Part shown: positions 1 through 9,757 of the stretch, piece by piece
Position numbering within the stretch: position 1 is the first letter of the stretch
Layout of the letters: the number at the start of each line of letters is the position of its first letter
Virus record (IMG/VR): IMGVR_UViG_3300035208_005974
Span: 60,608 to 124,607 of that record
Strand: one strand, 5' to 3'
Length of the DNA: 64,000 nt
DNA from: a virus
Taxonomy: Duplodnaviria > Caudoviricetes
Position numbers and translations under genes: made by a program
The notes under the pieces: model-generated
Told to the model about the DNA's origin: nothing
Seen by the model: only the letters and a program-made list of their open reading frames with translations
The model's database searches: none

Positions 1-786
1 TCAAAGCGGTTTTTCCATAGACGGTGATAAACTCTGGTTATCTAAGATAGGTGATATCAAATTCAAGTTGCATCGACCTATCGAGGGTGATGTTAAGAGA
101 CTAACTATCCGAAGATCTTCAACTAAGAAATGGTATGTGTCATTCCTAATTGAAGATGCACCAAATCACATTCTTGGACCCTCGGATGAAATAGTAGGCG
201 TAGATATGGGGATCAAGAACTTCGCTGTACTTTCCAACGGTGAGTTCATCGAGAATCCTAGATTCCTTCTAGCTGATGAAGAACAGCTTAAGAAGGCTCA
301 AAGCAAACGTGATAAGCTGCCTAAAGGATCACCTCGAAGAAGGAAGGCAAGCAAAGCGGTAAGTCATCTATACGAGAGAGTAACCAATCGAAGAGAGGAT
401 TTTGCCCAACAACTAAGTAGGCAGTGGATCAACAAATACGGAATAATTGTATTTGAAGATCTTAATATAACTAAGATGGTTCATAATCACAACCTAGCGA
501 AGAGTATCTTGGATGCAAGTTGGAATAAACTGGTGCAATATACTTCATACAAAGCGGAAGACGCTGGTAGAAAAGTAGTGCTAGTTAATCCTGCTTATAC
601 ATCTCAAATGTGCTCAAGCTGTGGTCAAATAGTCAAAAAGGACCTGTCTATCAGAGTACACGATTGTCCTTATTGTGGATTATCGATAGACAGAGACCTT
701 AATGCATCTCTGAACATTGCGAGACTGGGGCTACAGTCTGTGGCGAAAGCCTAGATGCCCGCCAATTTATTGGTGGGAGTGGTCAC
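1..786 (+). mobile_element. IS200/IS605-family element, right part, including the omegaRNA scaffold end
   Basis: tnpB is followed by a subterminal hairpin and GGGAGTGGTCAC. The TCAC end (783-786) matches the end of the second TnpB element in the window. Confidence 0.85.
2..754 (+). CDS. tnpB: TnpB RNA-guided endonuclease (5' truncated by window edge)
   Basis: Frame is open from position 2. RuvC motifs VGVDMG, VFEDL and DRDLNA, plus a CSSCG...CPYCG zinc ribbon. Confidence 0.95.
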   Translation, partial: QSGFSIDGDKLWLSKIGDIKFKLHRPIEGDVKRLTIRRSSTKKWYVSFLIEDAPNHILGPSDEIVGVDMGIKNFAVLSNGEFIENPRFLLADEEQLKKAQSKRDKLPKGSPRRRKASKAVSHLYERVTNRREDFAQQLSRQWINKYGIIVFEDLNITKMVHNHNLAKSILDASWNKLVQYTSYKAEDAGRKVVLVNPAYTSQMCSSCGQIVKKDLSIRVHDCPYCGLSIDRDLNASLNIARLGLQSVAKA

Positions 787-1411
787 TGTGAGTGTCCCTG
801 AGGCACAAGAAGAAACGTCAGATGGCTATGTAATCCTGAAACATGACCAACATTTCAGAATACGACTACATAACAGCCATAAAGACAATGGTATCGGAAA
901 AGCCGCAGATTGTGAAATATACCTGCAAGGAAAATACATTGGAACTTACAGGATATCGTTTGGTCAAACAATTTTACTCGAACACCCAATAAATGACTTC
1001 GGAAAATTTACCGCATATCGCAACGGAACTCCTGAAGCCAACCAAGCCGAAATTGATTCCAACGATCCTGATAATGGCCTAATAAAAGTTGTCTGGAAAC
1101 CTGGAACCAAGAAATGTCATTATGAAGTAATTGATCCTTATATAGGCACGGGTAATCACTATCCAAGAACATGTATAGGTTCGACTTCGTGTTGTGTAAA
1201 ATCGCACGCCACAAGATCTTGTAATGATTTAACAGGCGGCGGTATCGGACTATCTGACCACAGTAACCAGAAATTTACTGAAACAGAACCCCTTGACTAC
1301 TGTGAATGCGATACAACAATATACTTAAGGATAGCATTCAGAAAACCATCTTGTGAACCACGACCAATAAAAACTGTATATAAGACAAGTGTTCCAAGGC
1401 CACTTAAATAA
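755..1411 (+). CDS. Hypothetical viral protein interrupted near its N-terminus by the IS element
   Basis: The first ~11 codons lie inside the IS right end; the rest is an open 200-aa frame. Confidence 0.65.
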   Translation: MPANLLVGVVTVSVPEAQEETSDGYVILKHDQHFRIRLHNSHKDNGIGKAADCEIYLQGKYIGTYRISFGQTILLEHPINDFGKFTAYRNGTPEANQAEIDSNDPDNGLIKVVWKPGTKKCHYEVIDPYIGTGNHYPRTCIGSTSCCVKSHATRSCNDLTGGGIGLSDHSNQKFTETEPLDYCECDTTIYLRIAFRKPSCEPRPIKTVYKTSVPRPLK

Positions 1412-1442
1412 AAACAAACTTCAAATACTTTATTTTTTTACA

Positions 1443-1459
1443 ACCAAAAACTATAAATA
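1443..1459 (+). promoter_or_regulatory. Archaeal BRE/TATA-type viral promoter (example of a motif with >12 copies)
   Basis: ACCAAAAACTATAAATA. Variants occur at 3390, 5401(-), 10361(-), 12361, 13200, 20801(-), 30992(-), 31534(-), 45716 and 45784, mostly upstream of ORFs. Confidence 0.75.
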
Positions 1460-1481
1460 CAAACAGCAATAATACTTCGTT

Positions 1482-1838
1482 ATGCAAGAAATTAGTGTTT
1501 CTTCTGAGAAGGACATCATACGGGCATTCAATGCAATAAATCCACGAGACATTATTATGGTGGAAATAGACGCGAATAACGAATGTCACTGGCTAGGTAT
1601 GGTAATAAAATACGGTGATAATTTTGTGCTATCAGAAACTAGTGTATCGGTTCATAACCAACATTTGTGTTACGACACTAAAATCAATGTCACAATCGCC
1701 GATCTTTTATATTACATAAACAAAAGCAATTGCAATGATTATAGCAATAGGCAATGTAAATTCTATTTATTAAAAAATCTACTAGAACTCCGAGATTTCT
1801 TAGTGGAAAAAACTAACGGCATAACGTTTAAAGCGTAA
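1482..1838 (+). CDS. Hypothetical protein
   Basis: 118-aa ORF downstream of an ACCAAAAACTATAAATA promoter-like motif. Confidence 0.6.
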   Translation: MQEISVSSEKDIIRAFNAINPRDIIMVEIDANNECHWLGMVIKYGDNFVLSETSVSVHNQHLCYDTKINVTIADLLYYINKSNCNDYSNRQCKFYLLKNLLELRDFLVEKTNGITFKA

Positions 1839-1875
1839 AGTTTATATACTAGAAAGTCTATAGTATGATATTGCA

Positions 1876-1960
1876 AAGTAAGGATACAACAAACCAAACT
1901 CAGAACTTGTATGGGTTTAAGCAAATACCTCCTCATTTGACTTAAGGTATCCTTATTTTC
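1876..1960 (+). ncRNA. Candidate structured small RNA
   Basis: Follows a TTTATATA box. Closing stem TAAGGATAC/GTATCCTTA encloses two inner hairpins and is followed by a T-run. Confidence 0.35.
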
Positions 1961-1985
1961 CTCCTAATCATATAAAAAATAAAAT

Positions 1986-2048
1986 GGGAATCGGAACCCT
2001 GTAACGCGGATGACAGCCGCAAATTCTAGGCCATTGAATTACCCGCCC
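1986..2048 (-). tRNA. tRNA-Asp(GTC)-like pseudogene lacking the 3' acceptor strand
   Basis: Minus strand reads GGGCGGG TA ATTC-AATGGCCTA-GAAT T TGCGG-CTGTCAT-CCGCG TTAC AGGGTTCCGATTCCC. D and anticodon arms are good, the T-loop is aberrant and no CCCGCCC follows. Confidence 0.6.
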
Positions 2049-2062
2049 CACTTAGGCAATGA

Positions 2063-2106
2063 CGCGGCGGGTGGGATTTGAACCCACGTGGACCTGCCCG
2101 GACCAC
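2063..2106 (-). tRNA. 3' half of a long-variable-arm (Ser/Leu-type) tRNA
   Basis: Minus strand has a GTGG...CCAC variable arm, a GTGGG-TTCAAAT-CCCAC T-arm and CCGCCGC-G acceptor 3' strand. No 5' half is visible. Confidence 0.5.
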
Positions 2107-2336
2107 ATAAATTCCCTGTACCCTTGAAAAACTCGGATAAGCTCAGCAGGGAAGGACGAAATAAAAGGGTATGAGAATAAGTCCATAAAACACCCTTGGG
2201 CAAAGGGGAAGAGCTTGTGGAGATGCCTTAAAAGGATTAATGAAGCAAGAACCAGGTACCATACTGGATGTCACATTGGTATCGCAAGAATAGACGATGG
2301 AAGACTACATAAAGCACTAAACTTGGAAGATCTGTC

Positions 2337-2438
2337 ATGAAAAAATGCACTAAATGTAAAAAAGTAAAAATAAAAGAACGTGGTCCCAATTTATGTCCGG
2401 CATGTTTAAAAAAAATAGATGAAGAAAATAAAAAATAA
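2337..2438 (+). CDS. Small CxxC...CxxC zinc-finger peptide
   Basis: Translates as MKKCTKCKKVKIKERGPNLCPACLKKIDEENKK; below the ORF-track length cutoff. Confidence 0.5.
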   Translation: MKKCTKCKKVKIKERGPNLCPACLKKIDEENKK

Positions 2439-2452
2439 ATATATATATTATT

Positions 2453-3328
2453 ATGAGTCCAACATGCAAGGAATGTGGAAAACAATATGCAAGAATAAAT
2501 AATTCTCATATAGTTCATACACACCATATGACAACTGATGAATACTATGAAAAGTATAATTTGTTACCAAGTAAAGAATATTTAGAAGAATTATACATCG
2601 ATAAGTGTTTATCTATTGTATCAATTTCCAAAATTACTGGATGTAATAATAGTAGTATATATAGATTGTTATTAAAATACGATATTCCAAGACGAACACT
2701 TTCAGATGCAAGCAAGGTAAAAATACCTATTGTACATAAAGAAGATTATGTTTGTGCTTTATCACGTCCAGATGTTATAGAAAAAAATCGACTTCGGATG
2801 ATAACAACCAACCCAATGAAAAATCCTGATGTAGTTAATAAATGTATACAAACTCGATCAGACCCAGAATATCGAAAAGCACATAGTGGTATTAATAGTC
2901 CATGCCATGGAAGAAAACCACCAAAAGGTTCTGGAATAGGAAATGGTAGTTATTATATTGATCCAGTGTCAGGAAAAAGAATATGGATGTATTCTACTTA
3001 TGAAATAAAATTTGCAAATTATTTATCAAGAACTGGTATTATATGGGAATATGCTCCAAAAGCGTTTGAATTATCACTTATAAATTCATTTTATAGACCC
3101 GACTTTTATTTGCCTGATTTAAATATGTGGATTGAAGTAAAAGGATTTTGGTGGTTTGTTTCTATAGAAAAAATGAAGTTATTTAATAAAATATACTCTA
3201 CTGAGAATCTTAGAATATTTTATAAAAATGATATAAAACAAATAGAAAATAGTTATAATATTAACGACATATTAAAATTTGGAATATCAGTATATGATCA
3301 ATGTAACTTATGGAATTCGGGCTATTAA
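2453..3328 (+). CDS. Homing-endonuclease-like protein (Zn finger, HTH, C-terminal PD-(D/E)XK nuclease)
   Basis: N-terminal CKECG..H..H, an HTH-like segment, and C-terminal YRPDFYL...IEVKG. Confidence 0.75.
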   Translation: MSPTCKECGKQYARINNSHIVHTHHMTTDEYYEKYNLLPSKEYLEELYIDKCLSIVSISKITGCNNSSIYRLLLKYDIPRRTLSDASKVKIPIVHKEDYVCALSRPDVIEKNRLRMITTNPMKNPDVVNKCIQTRSDPEYRKAHSGINSPCHGRKPPKGSGIGNGSYYIDPVSGKRIWMYSTYEIKFANYLSRTGIIWEYAPKAFELSLINSFYRPDFYLPDLNMWIEVKGFWWFVSIEKMKLFNKIYSTENLRIFYKNDIKQIENSYNINDILKFGISVYDQCNLWNSGY

Positions 3329-3431
3329 CAATAATCAACCAAACCGAGGGCCCGCGATGTGCCCAAGTTGCATCAAAAAGGAACTTGCTGCCAAAAACTA
3401 TAAATAAACTCAATACTTTTTAGCGATTTCT

Positions 3432-3641
3432 ATGTCTAAAACCCACAGAATATACAATACCAACCATAAATTCCCAAAATTTTCTAAATACCGCAAGTAT
3501 AACCCGTTCTGGTATAATCATGACAGTCCGGAAGTTCGGCGCCAATCTAATCGAGACTTTCGATACAAAGAAAAAATCTATTTTAAAAAGTATAAGGAAA
3601 CTCTAATAAAATCTAAAGACCGAGGATGGAGAACGTGGTAA
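3432..3641 (+). CDS. Small basic hypothetical protein
   Basis: ORF downstream of the promoter motif at 3390. Confidence 0.55.
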   Translation: MSKTHRIYNTNHKFPKFSKYRKYNPFWYNHDSPEVRRQSNRDFRYKEKIYFKKYKETLIKSKDRGWRTW

Positions 3642-3787
3642 GAAAAACACCATATAATTATATTTTAGACGAAATTACCCAATTGGAAGAAATCATTAAT
3701 GACCTTCCGCCAACAGAAAGAAGTAACCTAGAAAAGCAGAAAAACAAAATAGCCAAAGAATTATCAAAATTACAGAGAGGAAAATAA

Positions 3788-4198
3788 ATGACAAAACATG
3801 ATAAAACAAAGGAAACCGAACGGGAAACCGAACAAGAAGAGAATGCTTCCGAAACTCATAGCCATGACATTAGTGGCCCTGACACAGAACCAAAGCTTCT
3901 ATTTAGGTTCGAGGACTTTTCAATAACCGTTCTTAATGACACTTATACCATTTCAAAAGAGTATGGCGGCATAAGTGATTCTTGTTATGCTAGGGTTGCG
4001 GTTGGTCGCGAAAAAAATTGGACACTCCTCAATGAAAAAGGCCAAATAATCGATATGGAAACCATCCACGGAAACAGGCCGTTCTTTTGGCAAGGCAGAC
4101 TTTCTCCTGGAACATATACTTTGAAGACCGGACGCGGAAGCGACACTTCCATTCACAGAATTCCGGGCCGCCACTTCAATATAGTATTTTCGGTGTAA
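3788..4198 (+). CDS. Hypothetical protein
   Basis: 136-aa ORF with a GAGG RBS, in an operon with 4202..4480 and 4492..4695. Confidence 0.6.
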   Translation: MTKHDKTKETERETEQEENASETHSHDISGPDTEPKLLFRFEDFSITVLNDTYTISKEYGGISDSCYARVAVGREKNWTLLNEKGQIIDMETIHGNRPFFWQGRLSPGTYTLKTGRGSDTSIHRIPGRHFNIVFSV

Positions 4199-4201
4199 CC
4201 C

Positions 4202-4480
4202 ATGTTCAAAGAAAACATACCAGAACTAGACATGACTGCCGAGGAACTTGCCACCGCCCTCGACGAACTAATAGAAAAAAAATCTAACTTAACGCATGCC
4301 ATCATGGAACTCGATACCAACATATGTTTTATAATATCATTGATTTCCATGAAGTTGCTGGAAAGAAAAAACAAAAAAACTTGTACTTGTGAAGGCGGCT
4401 GTGGCATTACAACTGAAAGCAACGTTGCCGATCACAATAAAAAGATTCTATCTGACTTAGAATCCGGGAAAATTATTTAG
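4202..4480 (+). CDS. Hypothetical protein
   Basis: Operon-like spacing with neighbours. Confidence 0.55.
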   Translation: MFKENIPELDMTAEELATALDELIEKKSNLTHAIMELDTNICFIISLISMKLLERKNKKTCTCEGGCGITTESNVADHNKKILSDLESGKII

Positions 4481-4491
4481 GAAGCCTTACC

Positions 4492-4695
4492 ATGAAAATT
4501 TTTTTAAAGTGTCCCGCTTGCCATAAAGAAACAATCGTTTCTGTGGAAAAGCATCTTTCCGGAAAGAAACTTATGGAACACCTAAAAGACTTCCAGGTAT
4601 GTGTTGACTGTGAAAAAAATGGTCTTGGAAAAATATACCTTAATGTAATAAAATTTGACTGGGAGAACATTCTAGAAACTAGTCAACCATCATAA
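4492..4695 (+). CDS. Small zinc-ribbon protein
   Basis: CPAC...CVDC motif. Confidence 0.55.
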   Translation: MKIFLKCPACHKETIVSVEKHLSGKKLMEHLKDFQVCVDCEKNGLGKIYLNVIKFDWENILETSQPS

Positions 4696-5059
4696 TATTT
4701 TTTCTGTAGAATACACCATTTTTTAATCCTGGTTGCTCTTTGATCCAAGCAATAAATTCTGTAGTGTTTTCAAATAAAATACATTCTGTATTAATATTCA
4801 TAAAATTGCTTATCAAATGTTGTAAATCATTATTATAACATTCGGTATTAAAACGATTTCCATTATGTAAACTAATCAGGTCGCCGTTTTCTTTCACTCG
4901 GTGATAAAATGTTAATTTATTCCCAGTAGACATAAAAATATTAGAAGCCAATACTATATATCTATATCTATTAAAATTAATAATCTTTAATATGCCATTA
5001 CCATCAAGTCTATAGGTATCCACGATTACTCCCTCATGGAAATAGTCTTCACTTTCCAA
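4679..5059 (-). CDS. Hypothetical protein (possible divergent member of the local paralog family)
   Basis: 126-aa ORF coupled to 5026..5370. Confidence 0.5.
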   Translation of the reverse strand: MESEDYFHEGVIVDTYRLDGNGILKIINFNRYRYIVLASNIFMSTGNKLTFYHRVKENGDLISLHNGNRFNTECYNNDLQHLISNFMNINTECILFENTTEFIAWIKEQPGLKNGVFYRKNIMMVD

Positions 5060-5370
5060 TCATTGTATTCATATACGCTATCAAATATAATAAAATGAGT
5101 AGTTGCCCATAATGGTTTATATTTCGAACCCAATATCCTAAACAAATTTTGATAATCTCTCAATTCCGTTTGACACAAGTTCACGTGAGTATTTACAACA
5201 TTCATAGACGGTATATGATAAAGTACTTTGCTTTGGTTCTCCAGCAGAAAATATGATACCGGTAATCTTTCCTCGTTATATTCATCAACCACTACAATAA
5301 TCTTACTATCAAGGTCATCATTAATTATTGGGAATACGCCATTTGAATCAGGTTTTATAGTTTTCAACAT
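5026..5370 (-). CDS. Paralog family 'IPPI.E.D..KII' member
   Basis: FPIINDDLDSKIIVV; promoter at 5401-5417. Confidence 0.6.
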   Translation of the reverse strand: MLKTIKPDSNGVFPIINDDLDSKIIVVVDEYNEERLPVSYFLLENQSKVLYHIPSMNVVNTHVNLCQTELRDYQNLFRILGSKYKPLWATTHFIIFDSVYEYNDWKVKTISMRE

Positions 5371-5426
5371 CCATCACCAAGTTAACATTACGCTTACGTA
5401 TATTAATAGTTTTTGGTTGCGCTACC

Positions 5427-6992
5427 ATGAAAAAAACAAAACTTGAAAATCCGCTTCCTGTATTGAAGTCACCGATTTTAACCCCTAGTGGTGACATTGC
5501 CCCCTGGCTACTTGGAGAAAGAGGAGACATTGCAATTAAGGGCGCTAAAGCCAAAAGACATCTCATAGATTTCATGGAATTAGATGGCGCTCCTATGTGG
5601 AAACGGGCCAAACACCTAGAACTTTTATGTTCAAAGTTAGAAGGCGTAGAAAGAGCAGTTAGGGGCTTGCCAAACGGAATACCGCGTCTTATTGTAACAA
5701 TGCCGCCACGTCACGGCAAATCGGAAGTTATTTCTAAGAAATTTCCAGCTTGGCTATTAGCTCGTAATCCAGACATTGAAATTATTCTTGCTACTTATGG
5801 TGCAGAGCTAGCACAAGACCATAGCGAAATCGCTAGGGAAACTTTCAGAGAATGGGGTCCAAAACTTTGGGAAGTACAACTAAGTGATCGAAACCAGAGC
5901 AAGGCAAAGTGGAAAATAGATGGACACCGTGGCGGTCTAACTGCCGTTGGTATTGGAGGTGCGGCAACAGGAAGGGGGGCGTCATGTTTAATCGTGGATG
6001 ATCCGGTGGAAAACGCAGAAGATGCAATGTCACAGACAATGCAAGAAAAAGTTTGGAACTGGTGGCAAACTGTAGCATATACCAGATTAGCGCCAACTGG
6101 AGCAGTTGTCATATTAATGACCAGGTGGGCACAACAAGACCTAGTAGGTAAATTACTGCTAGCAGACAAAGAAAGCGAAAGACCACAAAACTGGGAAGTC
6201 CTGAATTTACCTGCTATCTGCGAAGAAGACAGTGATGTTATAGGCAGAAAAGTTGGTGATGTTTTATGGCCGGAACGATTTCCACTTTCATGGATGCTAA
6301 ACAAAAAAGCGAACATAGAATCTTTCTGGTGGCAAAGTTTATATCAACAAAAACCAATGGACATCGGTACTCAAGTCTTCAGACCGGAAGACATGAAATT
6401 TATAGATGTCTCAGAAATAGATTTAACAAATTGTTCAATATATGGCGCATGTGATCCATCGGAAGGCGGCAACGATTACGCAGCTATTGTTATTGTAGCA
6501 GTGATGTCAGATAATACCTGGCTAATTTATGATAGTGACTTATCCGTGGATCCACAATCAACCACAATAACAAAATTAGTTAAGTTGCAAAAACAGTATA
6601 ATTTTAGAAAATTCTGGATAGAACAAAATTCCCTTGGACATGCAAAAAGCGCTCCTGGAAAATCTGTCTTCGAAATTGAACTAATAAATCAATTGAATGT
6701 CCAAAAAATACAAATGCCATATTCTTTTGTCTGGAATTCCCAAAACAAGGTTGACAGAATACGGTCACTTGAACCTTACTATACCCAAGGCAAACTAGCT
6801 TTTCGCGAAGACGCCAACAAAATATACAAACTATTAATTGAACAACTAAGATTTTTCCCACTATATGAACACGATGATGGACCTGATGCACTAGAACTTT
6901 GTATTCGAGGCATTATTAAAGACACGTCAGAAATAACATTACCAAGAATTCCTAAAAAAATTATAAGGCTTGGTGGCGGCTGGACAGGATAA
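5427..6992 (+). CDS. terL: Terminase large subunit
   Basis: Walker A MPPRHGKS, Walker B LIVDDP, LMTRW coupling motif, and C-terminal nuclease motifs (GACDPS, HDDGPDAL). Confidence 0.95.
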   Translation: MKKTKLENPLPVLKSPILTPSGDIAPWLLGERGDIAIKGAKAKRHLIDFMELDGAPMWKRAKHLELLCSKLEGVERAVRGLPNGIPRLIVTMPPRHGKSEVISKKFPAWLLARNPDIEIILATYGAELAQDHSEIARETFREWGPKLWEVQLSDRNQSKAKWKIDGHRGGLTAVGIGGAATGRGASCLIVDDPVENAEDAMSQTMQEKVWNWWQTVAYTRLAPTGAVVILMTRWAQQDLVGKLLLADKESERPQNWEVLNLPAICEEDSDVIGRKVGDVLWPERFPLSWMLNKKANIESFWWQSLYQQKPMDIGTQVFRPEDMKFIDVSEIDLTNCSIYGACDPSEGGNDYAAIVIVAVMSDNTWLIYDSDLSVDPQSTTITKLVKLQKQYNFRKFWIEQNSLGHAKSAPGKSVFEIELINQLNVQKIQMPYSFVWNSQNKVDRIRSLEPYYTQGKLAFREDANKIYKLLIEQLRFFPLYEHDDGPDALELCIRGIIKDTSEITLPRIPKKIIRLGGGWTG

Positions 6993-7012
6993 AACCATTA
7001 ACAATGATTTTT

Positions 7013-7330
7013 TTATCCTTTTAACACGTCCCCAAGTTCTGACATTTCTTCTATAATATAGAAAGTATATTCATATCTACTTCCAATAGAATTATTGTAA
7101 CACTCTGTAAGAATATCTAGAACTGTTTTTCCAGTAAGTCCCCATATGTGTATATCATCGTTGCCTTTACCTATTGTGCCGCCTTTTATTTTATAATCAT
7201 TGAATGAATGTTTTTGTACAATTCCATAATAATTTTCATTATATGGTGTATTCACATGGACCAGCACTATTTTGTCATCTAGATTTTCTAGGTCATAAAT
7301 TTTTTCCTGGGGATTCTTGAATGTTATCAT
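7013..7330 (-). CDS. Paralog family member
   Basis: NPQEKIYDLENLDDKIVLV...FYIIEE. Confidence 0.65.
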   Translation of the reverse strand: MITFKNPQEKIYDLENLDDKIVLVHVNTPYNENYYGIVQKHSFNDYKIKGGTIGKGNDDIHIWGLTGKTVLDILTECYNNSIGSRYEYTFYIIEEMSELGDVLKG

Positions 7331-7405
7331 TATGTCACCTACTAATTACTATCATTGTCTTCATTAACGTGAAATACTTTATCTGGTTTATTAAATACTT
7401 GCATA

Positions 7406-7891
7406 TTAGACACCACCAAACAACTCAAAAAGCACTATCGCATATGCTATAAGCAGCAACAATGCAAATCCAAAAACCTCATAATATAATACATCGATTC
7501 CGTATATGACTTTCACTATTTGTTCTGCTTTATTTGTGTCACATACAAAAAACATAAAGTTTCTATCCACTACATTATACATTTCATACGTTGATTTCAT
7601 AAGACCTATTTTTGATTTGGGGTCATGATATATACAGCCATGATATAGAATATGTTCTTTATTGTTTATAAATTGTTTGCCTTCTTCCCATATAAATCCT
7701 ATTATTTTAGAGTTTACCATTACATCACAAAACAATTTGTTATCATTATGATTTCCAACATAAACACAAATAACCGTTCTACTATCATCATCCTCACTTA
7801 TGTTCGGTATTTCTTTATGAGGGTTATTAATTTCCTGGATCGTCGGATCTATTTTTTGCAGGTCTTGTAACGTTGCTATTGACTTTGTCAT
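7406..7891 (-). CDS. Paralog family member with C-terminal TM helix
   Basis: NPHKEIPNISEDDD and a hydrophobic C-terminus. Confidence 0.65.
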   Translation of the reverse strand: MTKSIATLQDLQKIDPTIQEINNPHKEIPNISEDDDSRTVICVYVGNHNDNKLFCDVMVNSKIIGFIWEEGKQFINNKEHILYHGCIYHDPKSKIGLMKSTYEMYNVVDRNFMFFVCDTNKAEQIVKVIYGIDVLYYEVFGFALLLLIAYAIVLFELFGGV

Positions 7892-7898
7892 TTAGTTT

Positions 7899-8369
7899 TC
7901 ACACCCGATATAACTTTTGGCTACTAAAGCAAATTTCATTCAAGACACATAACATTTCTTCCTTATTTCTTATTACATAAAACATTACATAATTATCGCC
8001 CATGGCAATTCGAAATTTTGATATTGTGTCTAGTATTGAATGTCCTGTAGTTAACCATGTTGTTATGTCTGGATCATAGCGGGAATTTATGATTTGCGTT
8101 CCCTTTATCACATATACGTTTTCGCAAACCTTCACCACAATACCTACGAATTTTGAATAACATGTAATTGTATGAACTAATATTATTTGTTTGGTTATGT
8201 CCTCCGAAATGTTAGGAATTTTTAACATTGGATTTTTGAATTTATAAATATCATCGATATGCATTTTTTCGTTTGGATTTTCCAATTGTTCTAGCATGTC
8301 CTTTAATTCATGAAAGTCCTTGGGTATTCTGTCTGTGTCTTCCAAAATTAATTTAATTGTATCTTTCAT
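7899..8369 (-). CDS. Paralog family member
   Basis: NPMLKIPNISEDITKQIILV...FYVIRN. Confidence 0.65.
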   Translation of the reverse strand: MKDTIKLILEDTDRIPKDFHELKDMLEQLENPNEKMHIDDIYKFKNPMLKIPNISEDITKQIILVHTITCYSKFVGIVVKVCENVYVIKGTQIINSRYDPDITTWLTTGHSILDTISKFRIAMGDNYVMFYVIRNKEEMLCVLNEICFSSQKLYRV

Positions 8370-8581
8370 AACGAACTGTTAGTTCTGCCTTTATTTATAA
8401 CTTTTGGCAGCTATTATTATAAACGTTTTTTAATAATTACTTTGTTATATAAACGTTTTAAGCACTTAAAATCAGTTTTAATTCCGGTGGGTGTTTTGAT
8501 ATTATAGAAAAAAGATCGTAGGTTTTTATAGTGATTTCTACGTGATTTCGGACTTTAGTATATAAACAAATTCCTGGAAAA

Positions 8582-9004
8582 TTAAGGTTTAGGAGAAAAT
8601 ATTTTCGATCCCAGTTTTTCTAGTTCGGTTCTTAATTCACCACTAACATCATACGCTTGCAATATGTCGTTAAGATCTGATCGATTTTCTAAAACGTAAT
8701 GAGTCGTAGACCAATCAATATCCCGCATCTTATCATATTCTTTTATTAGAAGATCCATTATCGTACGTCCGTTATTATAAGAATCTGTCCAAGTAACGGC
8801 AGTAGACCATTTATCATCATTATAACTATTTTTGGAAGACCCTCGAAATGATAATGTGCCGTTTTTGTTTTTTATCATATAATTAAGGAACCTATTTCCT
8901 TCTGGTGTAACCTTATATGCAATGATTATTTTATCGTTGATATCGGTTTCCAAGATTGGTGGAATCTTAATTCTTGGATTACCAAAAATTTTCAATGTGA
9001 CCAC
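8582..9004 (-). CDS. Paralog family member
   Basis: NPRIKIPPILETDINDKIII...WTDSYNNGRTIMDLL. Confidence 0.7.
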   Translation of the reverse strand: MVTLKIFGNPRIKIPPILETDINDKIIIAYKVTPEGNRFLNYMIKNKNGTLSFRGSSKNSYNDDKWSTAVTWTDSYNNGRTIMDLLIKEYDKMRDIDWSTTHYVLENRSDLNDILQAYDVSGELRTELEKLGSKIFSPKP

Positions 9005-9008
9005 CTAG

Positions 9009-9500
9009 CTAGCATTCCTCTTTGATGTTTGATAGCAATGATTTCCTATACTCAGATTTCATGTATTTGAAAATACCTGCTATGTGAATAGCATCGTGGT
9101 CTACTTCATCTATGGTTCTATTAATGTAATCCAAAATAGTTTCCATGTGGTCATTTCTTTCACTTGGATATTTATAATAATAATAATAACTATATCTTTC
9201 TATTGACTCCATTACACAACTTGCCAATTCTCTAATAATGGTTTCCTTGTACGTTGAGTTAGAAGTATTTTTTCCATCAACTGGCATTATTTCATTACAT
9301 AGTTCATCAATGAGCTTGTCTACTTTGTCTGCTTTTGCATTGGCTTCCCGGACTCGCCTATCGTGGTTTTCCTTCTTTCTTCTAGCAATTTCCTCCTTCA
9401 AAATATCACAAGATACTTGTTCTAGCGGCATGTTTTTTATTACTACGCATTCTTTGTTTTCGTTGTTTTTATTGCCAAACGGCCAAATTCCTAGTTTCAT
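9009..9500 (-). CDS. Hypothetical protein
   Basis: 163-aa ORF coupled to the upstream gene. Confidence 0.6.
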   Translation of the reverse strand: MKLGIWPFGNKNNENKECVVIKNMPLEQVSCDILKEEIARRKKENHDRRVREANAKADKVDKLIDELCNEIMPVDGKNTSNSTYKETIIRELASCVMESIERYSYYYYYKYPSERNDHMETILDYINRTIDEVDHDAIHIAGIFKYMKSEYRKSLLSNIKEEC

Positions 9501-9757
9501 GGTACTCCCTTCAATGTCTTTATTGCGTTTTCATGGGCAGCGTGATACTGCTTGTCTAACCATCTACAATACGATCTGCTGGATTCTAGTTCTTTTTCCA
9601 GTTTCTCATATTCCAAGAAGAGCTTTGGAAGCTTCAACGACACCTGATCCGCGAAATCTAAGATAACCAAATTACATTCGGTTCCTGAAGTAGACGGATC
9701 TCGAATTTTGGCTTCTGTTTCCGCGAGCAATTTCTTTATCTCATCTTTTGTGGTCAT
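9497..9757 (-). CDS. Hypothetical coiled-coil protein (start reassigned to MTTKDE)
   Basis: The upstream part of the track ORF overlaps a hairpin RNA element. Confidence 0.5.
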   Translation of the reverse strand: MTTKDEIKKLLAETEAKIRDPSTSGTECNLVILDFADQVSLKLPKLFLEYEKLEKELESSRSYCRWLDKQYHAAHENAIKTLKGVP

